A stretch of DNA of 41,964 bases from an uncultured Gammaproteobacteria bacterium (GTDB lineage: Bacteria > Patescibacteriota > Microgenomatia > UBA10105 > UBA927): contig CAYTZO010000004.1 of NCBI GenBank assembly GCA_964442525.1, forward strand, positions 1-41,964, written 5' to 3'. This document shows, in pieces, positions 36,527-41,964 of this stretch (its first letter is position 1; each line of letters starts with the position of its first letter). A model generated the notes under the pieces. It worked only from the letters and a program-made list of their open reading frames with translations, ran no database searches and was not told the DNA's origin. Both the position numbers and the translations under genes were made by a program.

Positions 36527-37395
36527 TTCGATTTTCAAAATACATCTGGCTCTACTTTTTGCTTTCAAGCTTGGTGCTCATACCGGGGATTTTTTCCCTG
36601 ATTCGTTTCGGACTCGTTCCTTCCATAGATTTTACCGGCGGCACAATACTTGAGGTTCGCTTTGACAGCAACGTATCGGTGGAAGAACTTAACCGTGTCG
36701 TTCGAAAAGAGAAGTTTCCAGTAGACTCCATACAAGCCTCAAATCCTCAAACGTATGTTTTCCGGTTTAAACCCATCGAGCAACAGACGCTGGATCAGTT
36801 GCAGAAAGACCTCTCCCAGGGTATCGGCACGAACCGGGTCGTGCGCAATGAAACCGTCGGACCTATTTTGGGAACTGAGCTACTGCAAAAAGCCGTGATT
36901 GCGGCGATTTTTGCTATCGTTGCCATTCTTCTCTACGTCGCCTATGCATTTAGAAATGTGAAGTTTGGCGTCTGCGCGGTACTTGCGCTTTTTCATGATT
37001 TATTGGTTGTGCTTAGCGCATTCTCGCTCTTGGGGCGCATATGGGCAGTAGAGGTTGATACGCTTTTCGTTACCGCATTTTTGACCACGATGAGCTTTTC
37101 CGTTCATGATACGATTATTATCTTCGATCGTATCCGGGAATATCTCAGAAAAGGGACCCGCGGATCGCTTGAGGAACTTTCCGATATTGCCCTCAACGAA
37201 ACCCTCAATCGCTCCCTCACCAATTCGCTCGCACTTATATTCATGCTTTTGGCTTTGGCGCTTATGGGCGGCGTAACGGTACGCTGGTTTATCATCGCCC
37301 TTCTTATCGGTACCACCTCGGGGACTTATTCTTCTCCTTTTGTCGCCACTCCGCTTCTTATTTTATGGGACCGGTGGGAACGGAGGAAAAAATAA
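36523..37395 (+). CDS. secF: Protein translocase subunit SecF
   Basis: IDFTGG, VGP, ALFHD, FSVHDTIIIFDRIRE, GTYSS. Confidence 0.98.
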   Translation: MIRFSKYIWLYFLLSSLVLIPGIFSLIRFGLVPSIDFTGGTILEVRFDSNVSVEELNRVVRKEKFPVDSIQASNPQTYVFRFKPIEQQTLDQLQKDLSQGIGTNRVVRNETVGPILGTELLQKAVIAAIFAIVAILLYVAYAFRNVKFGVCAVLALFHDLLVVLSAFSLLGRIWAVEVDTLFVTAFLTTMSFSVHDTIIIFDRIREYLRKGTRGSLEELSDIALNETLNRSLTNSLALIFMLLALALMGGVTVRWFIIALLIGTTSGTYSSPFVATPLLILWDRWERRKK

Positions 37396-37442
37396 TTTTT
37401 TATTGGAAATCTTCAATGAAAATTGTACATGCAAATTGCAGG

Positions 37443-38801
37443 TTAACGAGAATCACCCGTGAGCTTAAGTTCCCTTATTCGTTTTAATAATGTTTCGCGA
37501 TCGTTTACGAGCGAACCGGATTCAACTTCGCTAAATATTTGATTGAGGATTTTTCCAACAAGAGGACCGGGCTTGATACTGAACTCCTTCATAACATCGT
37601 GTCCGTCAATTTTGAGATCACTGACTGTGAAGGGTTGTTTTTGCACTTCCTCAAGGCGTTTTTTAAAAAGTTCCAGTCTCCAGGACGTTTCCCATGCACC
37701 TCCGCCCAAACGGTCACCGATCCGAAGTGTAAGCATATCATTGAGATTGTCTTTTCCGACTCTTCGGATAAAGCGCCGAATTGCGCTATCGGTTTGACGT
37801 TCATCTACCGTAAACTGATGCCATCGGACGAGGAGAAACAATCGTTCGGAATCGTGTTTCGATAATCGTAATCGTTGGGCAATATTTTTAACGATTCGTG
37901 CGCCAACCACCTCGTGGTTATAAAACGTAATAAGCCCCGAAGAGTCTTTTTTAAATGTTTTTGGTTTTCCGATGTCGTGAAGGAGGGTAGCAAAACGAAC
38001 GAGAGGATCATCGGATTTGCAATTTTTCAGAGCTAAAATTGAATGGGTTCCAACGTCGTAGATGTGATGCCTTTTGGGGCTTTTTTGCGGAGTATCAAAT
38101 GCCGGTTCAAGCTCGGGAAGAATGTAATGGAGAAGTTTTGCGTTTTTTAAGACTAAAATCCCGTCTGCCGCATGAGGGGAGGTGAGGAGCTTCAGAAGCT
38201 CATCACGGATTCTCTCGGCAGAGATTTTTGTAAGCGTTCCTGCATTAGTTTGTATTGCCGCCAGTGTTGATTTATCGATCATGAATCCGAGCTCCGCGGC
38301 AATCCGTATGGCACGTATCATGCGGAGAGCATCCTCTTTAAATCGGGTGCCTGCTTCTCCCACCGCCTTAATTACTTGCTTTTTTATGTCTTCCTGTCCT
38401 TTGTAAGGATCAACGAGCTCTCTTCCATCAAATGCTATGGCATTGATGGTAAAGTCGCGGCGGCTGAGGTCTTCTTCGAGAGTTTGTCCCCAGATAATTT
38501 TGTCCGGGTGTCTGTGATCAGAATAGCCGTGTTCACTCCGATAGGTCGTAACCTCATATACATCGGTTGTTTCACCTTTGCTATTTTTAATTTTTATTCC
38601 GACAGTCCCGAATTGATTATCGTAGAAACTCTCAGGGAATACTTTCAGGATGTCTTCAGGTGTCGCATTGGTTGTGAAGTCCCAATGTTTGGTTGATCGG
38701 TCCATAAGAAGATCCCGGACCGAGCCGCCGACAGCATAGACCTCAAACCCAGCTTTTTTTAGGGAATCAATTATGTGTTGGGCTTGTTTTGGGATGGTCA
38801 T
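37443..38801 (-). CDS. cca: Class II tRNA nucleotidyltransferase (CCA-type) with HD domain
   Basis: VGGSVRD, RRDFTINA, EDALR, SAERIRDEL, LLHDIGKP; motif A reads HWD instead of DxD. Confidence 0.88.
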   Translation of the reverse strand: MTIPKQAQHIIDSLKKAGFEVYAVGGSVRDLLMDRSTKHWDFTTNATPEDILKVFPESFYDNQFGTVGIKIKNSKGETTDVYEVTTYRSEHGYSDHRHPDKIIWGQTLEEDLSRRDFTINAIAFDGRELVDPYKGQEDIKKQVIKAVGEAGTRFKEDALRMIRAIRIAAELGFMIDKSTLAAIQTNAGTLTKISAERIRDELLKLLTSPHAADGILVLKNAKLLHYILPELEPAFDTPQKSPKRHHIYDVGTHSILALKNCKSDDPLVRFATLLHDIGKPKTFKKDSSGLITFYNHEVVGARIVKNIAQRLRLSKHDSERLFLLVRWHQFTVDERQTDSAIRRFIRRVGKDNLNDMLTLRIGDRLGGGAWETSWRLELFKKRLEEVQKQPFTVSDLKIDGHDVMKEFSIKPGPLVGKILNQIFSEVESGSLVNDRETLLKRIRELKLTGDSR

Positions 38802-38809
38802 ACCAGTCG

Positions 38810-38821
38810 TATGATATCATA
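38810..38821. promoter_or_regulatory. Palindromic bidirectional extended -10 element
   Basis: TATGATATCATA is self-complementary and gives TG-A-TATCAT on both strands in the 26-bp cca/recJ gap. Confidence 0.55.
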
Positions 38822-38827
38822 AGCCCT

Positions 38828-40435
38828 ATGAAGAAATGGGAAATTTTAGGGAAAGGCAACGATATCATTTCTCTCATTCTCAAAAATAGGGGACTCGCGA
38901 CCAAAAAAGAAATTGATGAATTTTTGCATCCTCATGACCCCTTTACGTTAAATGCTGACGATGTTGGGATTGAACCGCGTGCATTAATGAGTGCAGTAAC
39001 GCGGCTAAAAAAAGCCATTAAGAATAAAGAGTCCATTGTGGTCTACGCAGACTACGATGCCGACGGTATTACTGCAGGGGCGATTATGTGGGAAACGCTC
39101 TACGGTCTCGGTGCGCACGTGATGCCGTATATTCCTCACAGAGTTGAGGAAGGGTATGGGCTTTCTACGAAAGGCATCGATGCCGTCCGGGAGGAGTTCG
39201 ATCCCTCGCTCATTATCACCGTTGATCACGGCATTACGGCAAAGGAAAAGGTCGCGTATGCAAAAAAAATGGGGATTGATGTTATTGTAACGGATCACCA
39301 CGTTAAACCGGAAGCATTGCCGGATTGCACCATAGTTCACACGACGCAGCTTTCCGGAGCGGGAGTTTCGTGGTTCCTTGCCAAAGAATTTGGTAAGCCC
39401 GACACCGCTTTGGCGGCCATCGGGACGATCGCCGATATGGTTCCTTTGGTTGGCGCGAACCGGTCCATTGCCAAATACGGTCTTATATCATTAAACCAGA
39501 CCAAGCGCGTTGGACTTTTTGCGCTCATTGTCGATGCGGGGCTCGCCAAGGGAGAGTTAGGAACATACGACGTGTCGCATATGATCGCACCCCGCCTCAA
39601 CGCCATGGGCAGGCTCGAGCACGCGCTGGACGCTCTCCGGCTTCTGTGCACCAAACGGTCAGATAAAGCGAGCCTCCTTGCGCAAAAGCTGGGACTGACC
39701 AATAGAGAGCGCCAGAAACTTACCGAAGATACGGTCGTTCATGCTCTCGATTTGGTTCCAAAAAGTTCAAAAAAACTTATTTTTGTTGCACATGCCTCAT
39801 ACAATCAGGGCGTCATCGGACTTGTTGCGGGGAGGCTCGTTGAACAGTTTTACCGACCGGCCATCGTTGTTTCCGTTGGCGACGGATATTCAAAAGCATC
39901 TGCACGGTCAGTCGCCGGTTTTAATATCGTTGAGGCAATCAGAAGCTGCAGCGATATTCTCGTTGACGTCGGCGGCCACCCCATGGCTGCGGGATTTACC
40001 GTTGAAACAAAAAACCTAAAAAAACTTCAGAGCCGCCTGGAAAAACTTGCGGAAGAAGCGCTTGATGAGGAAAAGCTTACCAGAAAACTCCGAATAGACG
40101 CGGAGATTCCTCTTGATGCCGTTTCAGAGGCGTTGTGGGAGAGTATCCAAGCATTTGCTCCGTTTGGTTTTGGCAATCCGGAACCGGTTTTTGCCACCCG
40201 AAACGTAACCATCAAGGTCATTCGATTGGTCGGCAAGGACGGAAAGCATCTGAAATTACGTCTCACGTCTCACGTCTCACGTCTCACGTTTGATGCCATT
40301 GCATTTAACTTTGGAGCTCTTTACGGCCAGTTACAACCCGGAGCCGAGGCTGCCATTGCCTATAGTATTGATCTGGACAGGTGGAATGGCAATAAAAGGC
40401 TACAATTGAAAATAAAAGACATTCATCTCAATTAG
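38828..40435 (+). CDS. recJ: Single-stranded DNA exonuclease RecJ
   Basis: DYDADG, EGYG, ITVDHG, VTDHH, PRLNAMGR, GGHPMAAG, PFGFGNPEP; ATG 38828. Confidence 0.98.
   Translation: MKKWEILGKGNDIISLILKNRGLATKKEIDEFLHPHDPFTLNADDVGIEPRALMSAVTRLKKAIKNKESIVVYADYDADGITAGAIMWETLYGLGAHVMPYIPHRVEEGYGLSTKGIDAVREEFDPSLIITVDHGITAKEKVAYAKKMGIDVIVTDHHVKPEALPDCTIVHTTQLSGAGVSWFLAKEFGKPDTALAAIGTIADMVPLVGANRSIAKYGLISLNQTKRVGLFALIVDAGLAKGELGTYDVSHMIAPRLNAMGRLEHALDALRLLCTKRSDKASLLAQKLGLTNRERQKLTEDTVVHALDLVPKSSKKLIFVAHASYNQGVIGLVAGRLVEQFYRPAIVVSVGDGYSKASARSVAGFNIVEAIRSCSDILVDVGGHPMAAGFTVETKNLKKLQSRLEKLAEEALDEEKLTRKLRIDAEIPLDAVSEALWESIQAFAPFGFGNPEPVFATRNVTIKVIRLVGKDGKHLKLRLTSHVSRLTFDAIAFNFGALYGQLQPGAEAAIAYSIDLDRWNGNKRLQLKIKDIHLN
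40258..40289 (+). repeat. Perfect heptamer tandem repeat (TCTCACG)4 within recJ
   Basis: acg tctcacg tctcacg tctcacg tctcacg t, read as RLTSHVSRLT. Confidence 0.95.
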
Positions 40436-40484
40436 CTTCCGGATTGATTTAAGGCCCCGAAAGTAGTATCCTATAGGATTACAT

Positions 40485-41964
40485 ATGATCAATACTCGTG
40501 AGGCTCATCAAACCGAGCCGCTATCCCCGGTAGAACGGTATAGGCAATTTACGAGGGAATGTTACCAACAGATTAGACTTTTTAAAAGACCAGTGTTTCT
40601 TCCCGTACAAAGAGAAAAAATCGATCCAGTCACACATCTTTATCCCACGGAAGTTCGGTTGAGAGATGAGGTCTTGGAACAATGCTCGTATCTCTCCGAA
40701 GAGCAGCATGCCATGGTTGAAGCCGCCTCAGCGCTCGCAATTTTTGCTCATGCAGGGGAGTCCCGTGATAGCGGTGCTCCCTATGTGGTACACCCTTTTC
40801 GCGTAGCACTTTTGAGAATTAAAAGGAATAAAATTAACGAGTTTGCCATTTGTAAACGCATTCTCCACGACGTATTAGAGGATACCGCAGTAACCTATGA
40901 GACAATCAGTGAGAATATTCACCCTGAAGTTGCTAAAGGAGTATTGATACTCAGTAAGATTCGTGGAAGATATGTTCGGAAAGAATTAAAACAACTCCTC
41001 GAGAATCAGTATAGAATACAACTTTTTACCTCTGCTATCGATACTCCCGACGAAACGATTGCAAAGATAGACGACAGACTTGCGAATATGCGAACCATTG
41101 GCGTAAAAGAAGAAAAGAAAAGACGAGAAATTATTTTTGAGACGGAAGAAATCTATATTCCTCCCGCCCGCCGCATGGGCCTCCATAAGGAAGTCAATGA
41201 ACTTGAGCACCTATGCCTTATTCACAAAAGCCAGGAACACAAACGGTGGGCAAACAATGCCCATCGTTTTATAAAGAAATTTTTTACCCACAATAAGCCG
41301 GATGAGATCGTGGCGGAGATGCGTGAAATGCTAATAAAAAGAGGATATAGGGTAGCGCTCCATTACCGTGTGCCAACACCGGCGGATCTCTACCGCCGCA
41401 TTGGCGCACTGAGGCCGCTAACGAAAAACGATATGTTCCTCTATGTCGATGCAGCCCAGCGGGATTTCGGTGGCGGTAGCTATGATTTATTTGACTGGGC
41501 AGCTCAGGCGATCGATATTGCCAATGCTTTTAATTTCAACAGGGAGCGATTATTCGATCGGGAAACGGTTATCAATGCCTTACAATTTAAACGGGAGGTA
41601 GAAGAGGGATTAACAGATTCTCTCACTATTGACGTTTTACGGCGAAGGGACGGGCTTCGCATGCGGCTTACGCTCTATCCGCATGATGTGCATATCCGTG
41701 AACGGCTCTCACTAGCCTCGCTCCTGTCGGTTTCTCTTGACCAGATGCCGCTTTTAAAAACATTCCTTGAGGAAAAACAACGGTATCTCTCGAAACGCCT
41801 CAGGGGAGCTTTGGAAGGTCAAGCACAGAGTTCTCATCTCGTCCGTCAGATTGAATCGCGCCTGCCGGAAGGATTTACTCGGGTCGTTGGGATCGATGAG
41901 AAGGGTCGGGAAGAGCCGTGGAGCATCAAGAGTGGTTCTACGGTGATGGATTATATTGCCGATA
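40485..41964 (+). CDS. Long RelA/SpoT homologue, partial (runs off the window); hydrolase intact, synthetase degenerate
   Basis: Frame is open from ATG 40485 to the window end: AHAGESRDSGAPYVVHPFRVA, LHDVLEDT, KIDDRLANMRT, ETEEIYIPPARRMG, ELEHLCL, ending in TGS-like GSTVMDY; follows secDF-recJ. Confidence 0.85.
   Translation, partial: MINTREAHQTEPLSPVERYRQFTRECYQQIRLFKRPVFLPVQREKIDPVTHLYPTEVRLRDEVLEQCSYLSEEQHAMVEAASALAIFAHAGESRDSGAPYVVHPFRVALLRIKRNKINEFAICKRILHDVLEDTAVTYETISENIHPEVAKGVLILSKIRGRYVRKELKQLLENQYRIQLFTSAIDTPDETIAKIDDRLANMRTIGVKEEKKRREIIFETEEIYIPPARRMGLHKEVNELEHLCLIHKSQEHKRWANNAHRFIKKFFTHNKPDEIVAEMREMLIKRGYRVALHYRVPTPADLYRRIGALRPLTKNDMFLYVDAAQRDFGGGSYDLFDWAAQAIDIANAFNFNRERLFDRETVINALQFKREVEEGLTDSLTIDVLRRRDGLRMRLTLYPHDVHIRERLSLASLLSVSLDQMPLLKTFLEEKQRYLSKRLRGALEGQAQSSHLVRQIESRLPEGFTRVVGIDEKGREEPWSIKSGSTVMDYIAD

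Overview
Core-genome window from a reduced bacterium. It looks like a CPR/Patescibacteria (Microgenomates-like) genome: rpmD/L30 is absent, there are almost no Shine-Dalgarno sites, and TGA is used as a stop codon. The taxon is inferred. Bases 1-16635 hold the 3' end of tuf and the contiguous S10-spc-alpha-rplM/rpsI ribosomal superoperon, which also carries secY, adk, an extra P-loop kinase, map and infA. The rest holds recA, tRNA-Pro(GGG), recX, rny, HU, an ABC-2 exporter, a LytR_C protein, a Cof-type HAD hydrolase, EamA, miaB-miaA, an AI-2E permease, RNase P RNA (minus strand, hidden under spurious ORFs), a polysaccharide deacetylase, YifB/ComM, a 46-aa zinc-ribbon protein missing from the ORF track, DUF4446, DUF3048, a wHTH/NTase-like protein plus an AbrB-like protein, secDF, a CCA-type nucleotidyltransferase, recJ, and a 3'-truncated RelA/SpoT homologue. 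I saw no CRISPR array, prophage or transposase. The most notable oddities are: (i) recurring 7-9-bp tandem arrays with inverted counterparts that begin at stop codons, plus a perfect (TCTCACG)4 inside recJ; (ii) a CCA enzyme whose catalytic DxD reads HxD, although the local tRNA lacks an encoded CCA; (iii) an RSH with intact hydrolase motifs but an eroded synthetase; (iv) a promoter-driven, 6S-like structured RNA upstream of rny; (v) an atypical RNase P RNA with an inserted palindrome; (vi) pervasive leaderless-type promoters, including one palindromic bidirectional -10. All family calls come from motif recognition by eye; no searches were run.
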